A stretch of DNA of 64,000 nt from Adineta vaga (lineage: Eukaryota > Animalia > Rotifera): the NCBI GenBank assembly GCA_021613535.1, contig CP075492.1, positions 14,136,001-14,200,000 on the forward strand, written 5' to 3'. The notes under the pieces are model-generated. The model was given only the letters and a program-made list of their open reading frames with translations, was not told where the DNA came from and made no database searches. Each line of letters opens with the position of its first letter. The first letter of the stretch is position 1. Position numbers and translations under genes: made by a program. Shown one piece after another: positions 24,636 through 38,776 of this stretch.

Positions 24636-27600
24636 TTATGTTTGTGAAGATGGTTGTGAATTAACATTTGATCGAGCCAATGCTTCTGTTAATCGTTTTA
24701 ATGTGATTGTAATCTATGAAGAAAAGAAAATCAGAATACGTTAGACAAATATGATATAGTTTCAAAACATACTTCATTCAATTGTCTTTGCATATCTTCA
24801 TATGTATTCCCGTTGATTGAACTAAAAAGATATTCAATGAATCATACAGTAAACTTATATTCAATACATGTCTCTCTACTAACGATTCCAGTAATTTTCT
24901 TTGTTGATTTAAATTCTTTTCCTTCTCGAAATTTACAACCGATCTAGCATAACCATACGTTGCAGCATTTTCAAATTTACTCCATCGTTTATGAAGTACT
25001 TGACGATTTAATGGAATTATCTCTAAAAAATATTATCTATGCTTCATCTTGAATCTCTTTTAATTCTATTATTCTTACTAAAAATCGGTGTTGTAACAGA
25101 ATTATGTTCAGTTCTGATACTATCAAGATTTGAAGAGCAACATTTCTTCCACAGAGCAAGACACACAATCCATATATGTGGTATAAGTATCAATGGTGGA
25201 TAAGCTAACCATGGACGCTCGAAATATTCACGTACAAATGAATATCGTTGAAAACGCCAGTAGAATTCTGTATTTTCTTGAACTTCATGAATAGTACGGC
25301 TATAAAAGAAAAGAAATTTGATTGCCTAAATCGTCTCGAAAAATACAAGTATGTTGTTACGTAAAAACAGCAATTAATAAATTCAACAATAAGATATTAA
25401 TGAATAACATATGAAATGCTAAAAGAACATGTGTCGCAGTTGCTTCAGCAATAAATGTACTATTTTCGTTATGTATTATATCTATAGACGAAATATTTAG
25501 TCTATATGCATAAGAAAAAAGGCAAGCCTATCAAATGTTCTTACTATCTAGTGTGATTGTGTCGTTATATTGTCCATGAATGAACCAATATGGTGAATAA
25601 AATATATTCTCAAATATACCTTGACCAGTAAATGGTACTTGTTTGTACATAAAAAGTGCACGTGAAACAACACCATATGCAGCAATAGCAATAAATATCA
25701 TATACACAAATGCACCTAAATCACGCAACTAAAATAATCAAAGATAAACTATCTATACAATAATCTTAATTATTTACCATATTTCTCAGCATAAAAAGTT
25801 TTGGTCCTAAAAATTTGAGAGCAATCACAAATTTTAATGAACGAAGATACCACAATTCTAAATCGAATGCCATGATAATTCGTGCTGCTGATAAGACACT
25901 TGGTGTATTACCAAATGCATAACGTAACAAGATTCCAAGATAGAAAAGAAGAAATGGTAGAGCATAGAAAGGATTAGCTAACTTAGTAAGAATTAAATGA
26001 GTAGTTGTATTCCATTTCTCGAGCATTCTTGTATGCAAATCATGAACAATCTAGAAGTTCAAGATGAATAAAAAGAGAAAATTCATTATTTCACATTACA
26101 TACTTGTCGTATTTCTTCGAGAAACATGGTAGTAACAATAATGATGATTGCATATTCAGTCCAATGTAGTTTACCATTTGTATATGCAAGTGAATCGAAA
26201 TGATAAAGCATCATATAACTGAATATCAACAAGAAGAAAATATATGAAATCTAAATTGAAATACAAAAAATGATGTAGAATCGTTTGATCGAATTGTTTA
26301 CTTACGACATGATAGCACATTTTAACGAGTGGAGTTTCGTGAAAACTAACGAATTTCTTCCAAAAACTAGGTTGATCTTCATCAATATCATAATTGATAC
26401 CATTTTCAGATAATCTAAATAAAAATTAATTGATGAAATACTTCGAACATGAATGTAGTATTCCAAAATATTAACATACTTTACATTTCTCGTATGATCA
26501 TCAAATGCTTCCTAAAATGCAAAGAAATGAGAGAAAATAGTTGTGAAGTAATTCTATACATACATTAGAATGATAATCTTCTTTTGATCGATATTCAAGA
26601 ACTTTAGGTGCAACAAGTCCAAATGTTGCTATACTACATGTCAACCAAATTTTCGAGGAAAGAGATTTGTTTGAAAGAGCCAATTTATTATACCAAATTT
26701 GATTGAGTACATGATCAAAACATGCTGTTTCTAAGAATTTAGCATTCTTTCCAGATATTGCAATCTATATCAAGAATTGTCGTAATTATATGACCAAAGT
26801 AATTTGATAAAGAATACTCACCTGCATACATGTGACATTTCCAAATGAAGGAATTACTCTCATTAGTAATTGACAAGTGAGTGCTTCATTAATTTCATAG
26901 CAGAAATTAACACATTGTGCTGAATAATTTTCGAATTCAATCACTTGTCGATTGAGTCTATCTCTAACATCAATAATTGGTGTTTCATTTGCATAACTCT
27001 TGAAGATTTTTGCAGCAATCAATGAAGCAGAAATACGTTCTTTCATATGAATTAAAATAGTCTTTGCCATTAATGAAAGATCCATGAATACAGACCAAAG
27101 AAATAGATCTCTTAACATATCTTGTTGCGAATAATTGTAGTTACTGTCATTTGCTGTCGTATTGTTCGGATTAATACCTATTGTAGTAATGTTTTGAACA
27201 GTTTTCATACCTTCCAATACATCCTGATGAACTTGTAGAATAATATTTTCATTCTCAGACGCAACTTGATTCTTGAAATATTTCACGGAAGACCAATTTG
27301 CTGAGGGTGTCCTTGGTGCAGTCGGAGGAAGAGAATGATATACAGAATCAACGTATGAACCTAACCATTTCCTTAACTTTTTATTCAGTATTCGAATATT
27401 TGTCAAGTCTTCATTTCTTTGACCATAAAATAACTTTACTGATTCTTTGTTATGATACTACAATGAAAAGATTTTCAAGAAAGTGTATTCGAATAGAATA
27501 AGTGACAAAGTTTTATTAACTTCGTGTGCGTTATCTTTGATATGCTTGTATAAGCTAAGAACAAACGTTTGACATGCTGTTGCGGTGTCTACGTTGGGTG

Positions 27601-29496
27601 TTTCAGATTCAAGTTGTTCATTATTGGAAGAAGTTTGACCGGTAAGACTTGATAAATCTCTTGGATCACAATCACAACGTAGGAAATAGTCAACGAAAGA
27701 CGGACGATTTTGTTCTAATGCTAGTTTCAATAATTTTCCACGAAGATACTTATCCTAAATTGTAAAGAACATAAAAAATGTAGTTCAAAAAATAATATTT
27801 CAATTACCTTTGTTTGACCGTCTTTTTCTCTTTTCGTATTATTTACTTCAAGTAATTGTTTTGCACCATCTAAAAAATTCCATCTGATAGATAAATCTAG
27901 TAATCGTGCACGTTTCTCATCATCGGGATTGTCTTTGTAAGCTAGAAAGAATCAAACAATTAGTTTTTATACAAAATACAAGGATCACTTGCAATGACTT
28001 ACCTGAGAAAATAGCTTGAAATATAGTTTCTGAAACATTTTTCTCTGCATCAAGTTGATATACGTGCAATAAATATCGATTGCTACTTTTCATTACGTCA
28101 ATGATCTGTTTGATACGAGTGGATCGATCTTTGTCTCCTATTAGCGCAGGAAAATAGGTATCTAGCTGCTCTTCTATTTCAGATTCTGTCGGTTCTCTAG
28201 AGAAAAGATCTGTGACGAAATAGAAACTATTCAGTACACGATAAAAGCATACCGTAATTTAGTTCGATCAGTATTTGTTGTCAACTGTATGAGACTGGCT
28301 AATACATCAGATATTCGACCACTTTTCTAAACAAAGATTTCATACAAAGTTCGGCATGATTGTCGGATCAACATCAATACTATCGATACAAACTTGCAAT
28401 AAAACAACAGGTCTTTTTACTCCAAGATCAGCTTGTATTACTTCTAAAGTATTAGCACCTCCTTCTACTATGATTGTTACCCCATAGCCTAAATATGATA
28501 CATTTAAATTAGAATATATCGCACCATGTAATAGGAAAAATATGTCTGAAAAGTGATACTCGATACTTACAACTTCCATCGCGTGTTGCTTGTTCGACAA
28601 ATTGTGCTCTTGGCATATCACTCAGATGACCACACAATTGACCGTTGTCTAATATTAAGTGATGGGTATGATTTAATTCTAGTGAATCTGCTTCTTCTTG
28701 CCAGTTTGGATCAGTTTGTCTAATACGTTTCAATTCTTCGGGATAATCCTTAATATAACATTATAAGAGAAATAGATTAGTGCAATCTGTAATAGCTCAG
28801 AATAGCTTACAGGTGAGTTCTGCTTCAACATCATTCGTGTTTGTTCCGTTAGACTACCCCATTGTGTTAGACCAATACATGTTATATTTTTAGGATGTTG
28901 TTTTAAAACTCGATATTGTGAAATGCCTTCTCCAATTAGATTTGCCACACCATTATTCACACCAGCTGTTAGAATCCATGCATCTATTTAAAATGAAAAT
29001 TAAATTCATATTCTAGAATCTGTCAAAATCATGATCATCTACCAGCTCTCGTTGCTAAATCAATAATACCAGTAACAAAATCTTTTTCTATTCGTTCACT
29101 CAATGTAAAATATCTTGCACCACCATAGGCACTTATTAATAGATTGGGCTTTTGATTGTTACAGTCGTTAAGAATTAAATTGTATAATGCTACCGATTTT
29201 GTACGATTCTCGCAACGAACAAATTTCGGACCATTGGATGATAATTGACCATAAATATTAATATCAACTGCAGCTGTGTCTTTTCCTTCATTCCATTTAG
29301 TATTGATATCATCGTTTTCGTTAAGAGTTCCCTGATGAAGTGTGACATAGCTATGCCTTGATTTTAAACGACCACATTGACACAAATCTTTTTCTTGATG
29401 TGCTACATAGATTTTACACGTTCGTGACTTCAATTGTTTATTCTGTTTAAGATCGACTATTCGATCGGTCCATCTAAGAGACGATGCCGTACTCAT
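24636..29496 (-). CDS. TRPM-family cation channel (multi-exon), with no NUDT9-H or kinase tail
   Basis: CQCGR, PNLLISAYGGA, AWILTAGVNNGV, LELNHTHHLILDNG, IIVEGGANT, DLFLWSVF, LGPKLFMLRNM, NILLLNLLIAVF and TRP-box-like YWRFQRY, ending in a short coiled-coil tail. Confidence 0.92.
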
Positions 29497-29881
29497 TAAA
29501 TAAGAATTATGAAATCATACAGTAGAAAAGTATTTCAACTTTTAGAGTAGTGTCGAGTTTGTATGCTGATGTAACTTATGTTTGTGTAATATGAAGTTTG
29601 TTGTTACTAATGAAAAGAACAGGAGACGTTATAGCCACGTGTTTATTGCAACAGCATACAGTGAAGAAATGAACGCAAGAAAGACATTTTTCATTCTTTT
29701 CAACAAGTTTTAAAATATTGACTGAAGAACAAGAAAAAAAAATGGTTGCTACTATGAATATTTAATCAAAAAGCAGATCAATGGTAATTTACCCAAATAT
29801 TTTATTAAAATGATGATAGTTATTGTAATTATGAAACAAAGATTTTATTCATATGATAAACTATGTTATAAATTTAAATCT

Positions 29882-32098
29882 TTATAAAAGTTCAATTTTC
29901 AGATGAATATTACTACATATCGCCGTATGATTATCACTCGTATCAAATAAAACTTCTATTTCAAGGTCAGTTGTTGCAACATTGAGAATTCTACTATCGG
30001 AATGTTCAAAAACTTTCCAAACATTTAAAATCTTCTCATTTACATTTCGTTCAATGATTGTAAATTTAACATAACTATTACAATTACCATTCAAATGTAC
30101 ACTACACAAACGACGACTAATAATCGATTGATAACGTGTCATATTAATTCGTTGATTCATTTTTGCTTTCGTTAAAGATCGAACGGAAAGAAATACACAA
30201 TTATTTTCTTCCGTTTGTTTACTTGTTACAATTGAATAAGGTGGCTCGACTTTCCAATCTTGTTCAAGAGATCGATTACACTGAGGATATCCATTTTGAA
30301 TCAGTCGACTATCGTGTGCAATAGTTCCATTCGGTAATGTTGTATTTTCAATTGAGAATGCAGCATGAAATTGTTCATCGGTTATATGAGCATTTAACAA
30401 ATTTGAATGAGATAGATCAACCATCGATAGATCAGCACCAGTTAGATCTACCTTCATTAAATTGCTTTCTAACAATCGACTAGCAAACATTTTTGCATTG
30501 GTTAAATTTGCTTCATACATATTAACTTGATAAAATTCACAAAGATTAGCTGTAATATTTTGCATTTGAGCTCGATGAAACGTATCTCTGAAAAAATAAG
30601 TATAATCCGAAAAGGTAACATTATCTTGAAAATTAGCATTTTCTAAATTAACGTCGATAATACTTCCTTGAAATATAACATTTGACATTGTCATATTCAT
30701 CAACAAACAATCTTCGAAGTAAGAGGTGAAGAAAGTTGAATCGTTAATTGTTGTATTGATAAATGATGATTGAGAGAATGGTAGATTAAGAAATTCAATT
30801 TGTTTCATGTGAGCAAAATTAAAATTGTTTTTTCCAAATCTCGTAGAACCATCTCTGGCAAGAAGTTTCACATTGTCTAAAGTAGCCATATAAAACGTTA
30901 CGTTCATTAAATCACGTAAATCAGAAAATATAACATCACCAGACAATTCTGCGTATGAAAAATCCAAATTCTGTGCAGAAACTCGTTCAAATATTGTAAA
31001 ACCGAATGATGTATTCGAAAAATTGATAAGATCTAAATCACCCTGGAAATATACACTTCCAAAATTAACTCCAACGAAACAAGTATATTGTAATTGAGTA
31101 TTACTGAAATTCATAGACAATAAATATCCGTTACGAAACCATTCGTTGGCATTCGAATAAGGTTTTGTTATACTTGTAAAATCAATACCTTTTAGATCGG
31201 CATTAACGAAATTAATATTATGTAAGAAAGCATTCTGAATATTGAATGAACCATTGAATATCGCACCAGAAAAATCTAGATGAGTTAATATTGTTGAAGA
31301 AAAATTGACATCACGCAAGATAGACAATGAAAAATTACTTCCATTTAAATCTTGATGAGCAAATGAACTACCGGTTAGATCAACATTTGATAGATGAATA
31401 TGATTCATATGACCACGAGGTTTCGTAGAATTCAAATTGAGATTATGTAATTCAGCATCAGTTAAATCAAGAGATGATTTCGGTCGTGTATCTAATTGAC
31501 CAGCATCATAAAGTAAACGAATTACTTGACTAATTCGATTAGAATCAAGTTGACGAATTAATGTTAATGTTTTCAAACGTGTTAATTTTGCGATAAGGTC
31601 TGTTTTTGTTAAACTTCCATTATTTTTTTCTAACAAATCACTTATTTCAATAATATAATTCGTGAGAAGACCGTCTTGATAATGTTTATCTTCTAATGTT
31701 AATTCATGTTTTCGATTTTGTTCAGTTTGATTTCGTCTTTCATTAGCAATTGTACGTTCAACTTCTCGTTGCAATGTTGTTTGATTTAGATCTTGGAATC
31801 GTTGTTCACGTGCTATTTCCCTATCTTCACGTCTTTGTTCACGTGATATATTTAAATCTTGTTCACGTTGTTCATCCGCTAATCGTCGATCTTCCAATCG
31901 TTGTTGAGCTGCTGAATATTTCTGATCAAACGTAATAACTACTGTGAATATGCCTAACATCAATGGAAGGGCAAGTGAAGTTAAAATAGTTAAAATCTCT
32001 TTTCGTGTTAGACCACAATACTTTCGAGTTGATCGAGTACGATGATTATACATGGGTAATAATCGACGTCGTTGACGAAAGCTATATCGTGATGACAT
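29882..32098 (-). CDS. Pentapeptide-repeat protein with an N-terminal TM helix and coiled coil (intronless, 738 aa)
   Basis: TM segment LTILTSLALPLMLGIFTVVI, EQR-rich coil, and long A(D/N)LxxA-like repeats (ANLTNA, VDLTGADLSMVDLSHSNL). Confidence 0.88.
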   Translation of the reverse strand: MSSRYSFRQRRRLLPMYNHRTRSTRKYCGLTRKEILTILTSLALPLMLGIFTVVITFDQKYSAAQQRLEDRRLADEQREQDLNISREQRREDREIAREQRFQDLNQTTLQREVERTIANERRNQTEQNRKHELTLEDKHYQDGLLTNYIIEISDLLEKNNGSLTKTDLIAKLTRLKTLTLIRQLDSNRISQVIRLLYDAGQLDTRPKSSLDLTDAELHNLNLNSTKPRGHMNHIHLSNVDLTGSSFAHQDLNGSNFSLSILRDVNFSSTILTHLDFSGAIFNGSFNIQNAFLHNINFVNADLKGIDFTSITKPYSNANEWFRNGYLLSMNFSNTQLQYTCFVGVNFGSVYFQGDLDLINFSNTSFGFTIFERVSAQNLDFSYAELSGDVIFSDLRDLMNVTFYMATLDNVKLLARDGSTRFGKNNFNFAHMKQIEFLNLPFSQSSFINTTINDSTFFTSYFEDCLLMNMTMSNVIFQGSIIDVNLENANFQDNVTFSDYTYFFRDTFHRAQMQNITANLCEFYQVNMYEANLTNAKMFASRLLESNLMKVDLTGADLSMVDLSHSNLLNAHITDEQFHAAFSIENTTLPNGTIAHDSRLIQNGYPQCNRSLEQDWKVEPPYSIVTSKQTEENNCVFLSVRSLTKAKMNQRINMTRYQSIISRRLCSVHLNGNCNSYVKFTIIERNVNEKILNVWKVFEHSDSRILNVATTDLEIEVLFDTSDNHTAICSNIHLKIELL

Positions 32099-32254
32099 TC
32101 TTGTTTTTTCTTATATGAAATTTTATCAAATCTTGTTATATCGATATTTATTATTTAGATTAGATTTTACGTAGTGACATATGAATATTAAATTTCAAGT
32201 ACGTCATTAGAAATGAATTCTTACTAACAACACAAATGATAAAAATAGAATTGA

Positions 32255-33918
32255 TCAATAATGACTAATCCATAAGAGTAATAAACTTTCTGTGTTAGTT
32301 TGAAATCGAATTTGATAAGTAAAATTCTTCAATCTTGGAACATTGTCTGTTAACCATTCAAATATTTGTTCATTATTCATTCGTACATCAGTTGAATCAT
32401 ATTCTACTACCATACTATGTACTTTCAACATAGCATTTAATAATAGGGAACATCATGAAGAGATCTAACAGATACGTTTAATTTTTCGAGGTTAATTGAA
32501 AATATTTTGATAAGATTTATAATCGCTTGACATTTGTTTTGTTCAATTTTCGATAGCGATTGTGATATATGTAAACATTTGATTTGTTTTGTTAGTAATG
32601 AACATACATGTTGATTGGTAAAATCTCCAGTTATTTCTCTCAATGTTTGCCAAGGAACTTGTAATGAATGAAGATTAATTGAATATGTTAAAATTTCAGA
32701 AAAGAATTGTTCCGAAGATATAGTATTACTTTTTTCAATAGTTAAATGCTTGATTTGAGAAAGATCAATAAAACCAATTAATGGTATAAAAACAAATAAA
32801 TTTTGAATGGTCAATGAATTAAGGTTGGGAAAATAATATTGTTGGAGAATATGTGAATGATACTCACAATTAATAACTAAACGTAATTTTTTAATGGTTT
32901 GATACACATCTTTTTTCAGTTTAGTTAAAGATTGTATTGATGTAGATAAATAAAATTCTTCATCACAATATGGTAATGTATAGAGATGAATATTTTTTAT
33001 AGTATGAAATGCCGAATTCATCGTCTCATCATAATCACAATGAATAAACCATTGATGTTGATCTGACCAGAATGATGTTTGAAATGGAGCAAACAATTGT
33101 ATAGTATTAACACTATCTAAACTTGGATGAATTTTAAAATGAAAATATTTTAAACTAGGTAAATGTCTTCGAATAAGATTTTCCCATCGATCACCATTAA
33201 CTAATCGAAATCCTTTTTTTGCACAAACTGTTAACACTTCCAATTTGGACATACAAGCAAATAGTGTGTCAAGTTCATCAAATGTAACATTAGATTTTTC
33301 TGGAAGTTTTAATATTAATTGACAAATATTCAGATCCATTGGATTCATACTGAATATATCACCTGTGTTTGATACTTCAGCAAACAATTGAACTTCTATT
33401 TTTCTTAACATTGGCGTATGTACTAACCATTGATGCAGATTTCGGACTGGACATAAACCTAAAGTTAAATATTTTAATGGTAATTCTGTGGTTATTGGTG
33501 ACAGTTGATGAGAAGATTGAATGGAAAGTGAAGTTAACTTTGGAAGATAATGAAGTTTTCGAGCGATTTTAATCCAATCTAGTTCTGATATTTCATTTAA
33601 TGTTAATAATTTGAGATTAATACATCGTCGAATATAAAATGATCGAAAGAATAAATGAATTTGTCGAACTGTATCATTTGTATCAGATAATATTAATGAT
33701 TGAATTTGTTCAGGAGAAATCGATTGACGAACAAAATCAAATTTTGATTTCGGCCAAGATTGAAAATTCAAATTATATTTATCATAATTATTTAAAAGTT
33801 TATTGATACGTTTATTAATTCCTTGAAATGCATAGAGAATGTCATAAATTGTCAAATACTCAAATACTTCGTAAAGTAATTCATTTGGAAAACGATCAAA
33901 CATGGTTCGCATCGGCAT
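32255..33918 (-). CDS. F-box/LRR-like protein with a probable frameshift near 32445
   Basis: F-box FDRFPNELLYEVFEYL and the family motifs NGDRWENLI and FQTSFW...YTLPY. A second frame continues LLLNAMLKVHS...LLLLWISHY* to 32255. Confidence 0.85.
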
Positions 33919-34463
33919 CTTAATGTAAAAGAATTACGAATATCTTATATTTTTCAAAAGTGATGTGAAATTACTCTTGATATTAGTTAGTCACCATGAG
34001 CAACAGTCTCGCTACTGTTCTATTCAATGTTTCAAACTAATCAATAGTAAATATGATAGAGGGCACATTGTACCGGAATGGAAATGCATTGATTTCGTGT
34101 TTTATTCTCTTCCAGAAGACAAATATAGAACATTAGTAGGCAATTGCACATTTCATATTTGGAGGTTTGTTCATCCATTTAAAAGTCGTGGTCAGGTCAT
34201 ATCGTGAATGTATTAAAGACGAGTTTGTTGAGTTGAATTAAATTACAAATGAGACGTGAAGGAGAAAAGATCAGATTATTGAGAAAGACAAATTTTTTAT
34301 AAAGAAGTTCATTTGCTAACACAGACTTCTATATATGCATTATAGTCTCACTGTAGAATTTAAAAATAATCTTTCATTCAATTCATATTTATTATTCTGT
34401 ATGTTAGAAGATATTTTACGATTACAATGTAATATTTTTAAATAATATTCATTGAATTGAAAA

Positions 34464-34844
34464 TTATCGTGGTAGGACAATAGTAGCTTTTGTATTAGCA
34501 CCACCTGAGATTTGAATAGATGCACCAGTATAATAACTAGTATCTAATCCAACCGTTTGAATATTAATTGAAATTTGACGACCGATGATAGCATCACAGT
34601 AATCATCTAATGTTAAATCAACTAATTTAGCATCACATTGAACAGGATAAGATTCACGACAAGTGCCCATTTTCAATTCAAATTTATGTTCTGCACAGCC
34701 ACCACTATATTGAAGATTAATATCGATGGTTTTTGTTTGTTTATTATAACGCGCATCTTTAATAAAAGGCATATATTCTGCATTTATTATTGAAAAACAG
34801 AGCAGAAAAACAGTCACGACACTTTTTTGTAATTGATAAGCCAT
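34464..34844 (-). CDS. Small secreted Cys-containing protein, bacterial-like
   Basis: Signal peptide (VVTVFLLCFSIINA) and motif LQYSGGCAEHKFEL...CRESYPVQC...DYCDA; intronless. Confidence 0.65.
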   Translation of the reverse strand: MAYQLQKSVVTVFLLCFSIINAEYMPFIKDARYNKQTKTIDINLQYSGGCAEHKFELKMGTCRESYPVQCDAKLVDLTLDDYCDAIIGRQISINIQTVGLDTSYYTGASIQISGGANTKATIVLPR

Positions 34845-35351
34845 GAGATAGAGCAAAAAAAACGATAAATGAAGCTTGATTGTAATTCCTTATTTTTATA
34901 TATTGATCCTCACCAGATGCAAACTTGAATAATACAAAAGAAAAAAGTATTTTTTATTTTATACCTTCTTTCTTTTTCGTTCGCCAATCGAATGATCGAA
35001 TGTATGTATTGTAACACGTGATTTTTCGTTTCTTCCAATTTATAACGTCGTTGAAGTGTAATTGATCGATATGAGTCATACGAAATTCAACAGGTGAATA
35101 TATGAAAGAAGTCGAACGTTCAAAGTAATCTAGCTTATCTTCGTCTGTAAAAAAAGAATTAGTCTAGAGGATGGGTGTGCATGTGCCTGTTTTGCAAATC
35201 AAAACTGAATACGTTTAAAAAATGTTGATAAAATAGAAGATATCTGAAAGAAGAAAGAAAATAAAAGATACCATATTGTTGATGACAAGTATAAGTAAGC
35301 AACGAATATATTCTCACTTCTCTCTTAGAAAAGAACCATTTTCAAATAACT

Positions 35352-36279
35352 ATGTTAAATACAACAAAGGATTCATTATTTATGGCTTATTATCCATTAA
35401 CTCTAGTCATTGTTGGTACTATATTAAATCTTTTAACATTCATTGTACTTTGTCGACCAATATTTCGTGATACAATAAAAAGACAACCTGTTATTCATTA
35501 TATGCGTACAATAGCAATCTTTGATATTCTGATGGTATATAGATGGAATCTTGATCATTATCTTTCAGAATTGTTCATGGTTATATTCTTTTAACATATT
35601 CAATAGCGTCATGTAAGATTTTTGGTTTTATGAATTATTTTGCATGTCAATCATCAGCTTGGCTTCGAGTATTCATTTGTTTGGATCGATATTTATCTGC
35701 TAATCGTCTTCATCGAACATGGTTTAGCCGTCAAAAAAATGTTTTAATCATCATTATTTCAGTGATTACAATTATAATTTTATTTAATTTTCATTTCTTT
35801 ATATTTACATGTTACTATAGATCTAATGGTACTATCAATCCTAATGCTCAATTATATCAGGTTTATCCACTTTGGGATTATATTAATCTCAGTGTATACC
35901 ATTTATTCTTATGGTTACATTTAATAGTGGTGTAATTTATCATTTATTTCATCGTAAACAATCACAGATGATTCAACATTCACGTATACCTTATCAAACA
36001 ATCTCAATAACATTGTTAATTACAACATTTCTCTTTTTAATTATGACAATTCCAGCAACGATTGTGGTAGCATTCTTTTTCACAATACCAACATCTACAT
36101 TAGCTAAAATATTAGGTTCGATACTTTATACATATCATATAATATCCTTTTCACTTTATTTTCGTACATTTAAAGAATTTCGTCAAGAATGTATCATGAT
36201 GATTACATGTAGAAAAAATCATCATCGAATTAGACCAATTTTGACAACGATTCGTGCAGAAAAAATGCTCAATAAATGA
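35352..36279 (+). pseudogene. Rhodopsin-like peptide GPCR, frameshifted
   Basis: TM segments spread over three frames: LVIVGTILNLLTF, SAWLRVFICLDRYL and FSLYFRTFKEFRQE. Confidence 0.8.
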
Positions 36280-36609
36280 ACGGTTGAATATACGCCTTCG
36301 GTCTATTTCTTGTCCAATATATAAATAAAAATATTTACGTGAATAAGCATGACTTCTCTCCATTTAATTAAAGGAGGAAATCTTAAAAAAATCTGTTCTT
36401 CATGTTATTATTTGCGAAAAAGTGTTGGAATAAAGAAAAGCATATTGTACATACGTAGAACGTTAGTAATAAAAAAAACACAAATCTTATTCGTTTGAAG
36501 AAATAAAAGTGACATGACTATTTACTTTTACTTTAATTCACAACTACAAGTAAGTGATATTTAAAGGTTTGATACATTGATGTGATACTATTCAGTATAA
36601 CTAAGTTTT

Positions 36610-38199
36610 ATGATGATTTTACATATGCAATTGATTTGTTTCGTCAATGTTCTACTCTGGATTCAAATAAGTATGTGTCAGACACTATATGTATGTTCTT
36701 AGATGAAACCTTTTCTATGTTTATCACATAGCAGCAGGCAAGTCTTATTATGTAACAAAATCTGGTAAGGATAGTAATGCGGGAACGACTGAAGCAACTG
36801 CTTGGTTTACCATACAAAAGGCAGCAAATTCAGCAACACCTGGTTCGACTGTTTATATTGGTGCTGGCATTTATTATGAAGCAGTCACAGTAAACGTGCA
36901 AGGCAATGCAATAGACGGTCCGATTACTTTCACTAATTTAACACCAAATAAAATACCTGTTATTTCTGGCAAACAAACGACTATTGCATCTCCTGATGGA
37001 ACTTTAAATGTAATTTATATTCAAGATAAGAGCTACTTACGTTTTATCAATCTTGAATTAACAGAATTAAAAGCAGTTGAATGTAGTGGAGTAAGAATTG
37101 TGGGCAGTGGAACCAATATTGGTGAGTTTTTTTTTAAAATTTTGATTTCTCTGATAGAAATCGATATTCTATTCTACCCTTGTAGAACTACGAAATTTAC
37201 ACATTTATAATATCCGTGGTGGAGATGAAAGTGGTGGTGCAATGGGAATTACTGTCTATAATAATAATCAAAAAACAAGTCGTCGTCAACTGATCATTGA
37301 CAATTGTACACTTCATGATTGTGATCCAGCATGGAGTGAAGCATTGACATTGAATGGCAATATTGAACAATTTCAAGTGACGAATAATCGAGTATACAAT
37401 ATGAACAATATTGGAATTGATTTTATTGGTAAGTGTAGTTTCATGCATCATCAGAGATATTTTGATTCCCTTTTCGAATAGCTGGCGAAAATTGGTTAAG
37501 CGGTTTAGGAACTCGATCAGGTCTATGTGCTAATAACACTGTCTGGAATATTCATTCAGTTTATGACTCTAGTGCAGCTGGCATCTACGTTGACGGCGCT
37601 TCCAATATAACTTTAGAAGGAAATGAAGTTCATCATTCAGATATGGGAATAGAAGTAGGTGCCGAAAATAAAGGACAAGTAGCAACAAAAATGCTTGTTC
37701 GAAGTAATTATCTTCATCATAATGATAAATTTGGATTAGCCTTTGGAGGATACGATTCTCAGTAAGTCATCCAAACATTCTTTTGCAAAATAAAACGAAT
37801 ATATTGATGATTTATAGACGAGGTCGGGTTACAAATAGTTTATTCATATCTAATCGACTTGAACAAAACGATATGATGCATACAGGTGGTGGAGAAATAT
37901 CTATTTCATTTGCTTCTGACAATACAGTTCTTCGCAATATCGTGAAGCCAAATGATCAAAATATCATTCTTCTTGCAAATCAAGATGGTGGTTTAAATAA
38001 TCAATTCGATTATCAAATATATTATCCAAATGGACAAGGTGCAACACAAGAAAAACTTATTTTCTATTGGGGAAACACAGAGTGTGATGGTTTACGTGCA
38101 TTTCAACAAAATAGCAAACAAGAAATGCATGCTCAAACCAATGCAGTGAAACGTGCCTTCGGAATAAAAGGTTTTTTTCCACGAAAGTTTTATTTCTAA
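36610..38199 (+). CDS. Secreted right-handed beta-helix protein (DUF1565/pectate-lyase-like), bacterial-like, four introns
   Basis: YYVTKSGKDSNAGTT...WFTIQKAANSATPGSTVYIGAGIYYE, NNIGIDFIG and AAGIYVDGASN. GT-AG introns at about 36671, 37122, 37429 and 37762. Confidence 0.82.
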
Positions 38200-38734
38200 T
38201 GAAACAACATACAAATACATATACTATAATTTAAATGCGATATAGTTAGATCCAAATAAAAATAAAGCTCCGTTTGAATCAATATACGCCTTGTAATTTT
38301 AACGAAAAATATAATGATATGGTCGCGAAGTATCATTTGCTGACAAATTTACTTCACATATCTTTCAATGATTCAGAATACGAAATCACGACTGTTTTCT
38401 TTTCTTAAATGCGTAAAGTGCATTAATTGCGTTGAAAGGTTAGTATAACACAATGTCTGAAATGCTTTTTAACTGTGTAATCGAAAACGAAGTAAAATCA
38501 GTGAAGAAAAATTAAAATTAACTAAATATTTTTTTTTGGATATCTGCCTTGGCAACGTTGATAGTATATAACGAAGAAGAAAACTGTGCTGGACACAATT
38601 CGTATTTACTGACTTGATCATGTTTATTCAAGTAAAGATTATATGTCTCATGAATGCACTTTTATGGACTCAGACATGTAAGCATGAAAAATTCTATGAT
38701 AATATATAGGTTTTTGCTGAATTTCTGTTATGTA

Positions 38735-38776
38735 GTGGGTGTGGGTGTATAACTTCTTCTCTTACCCACACCCTCA
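38735..38776. repeat. Head-to-head telomere-like motifs
   Basis: gtgggtgtgggtgt (38735-38748), a 16-nt spacer, then cccacaccctca (38765-38776). Confidence 0.6.
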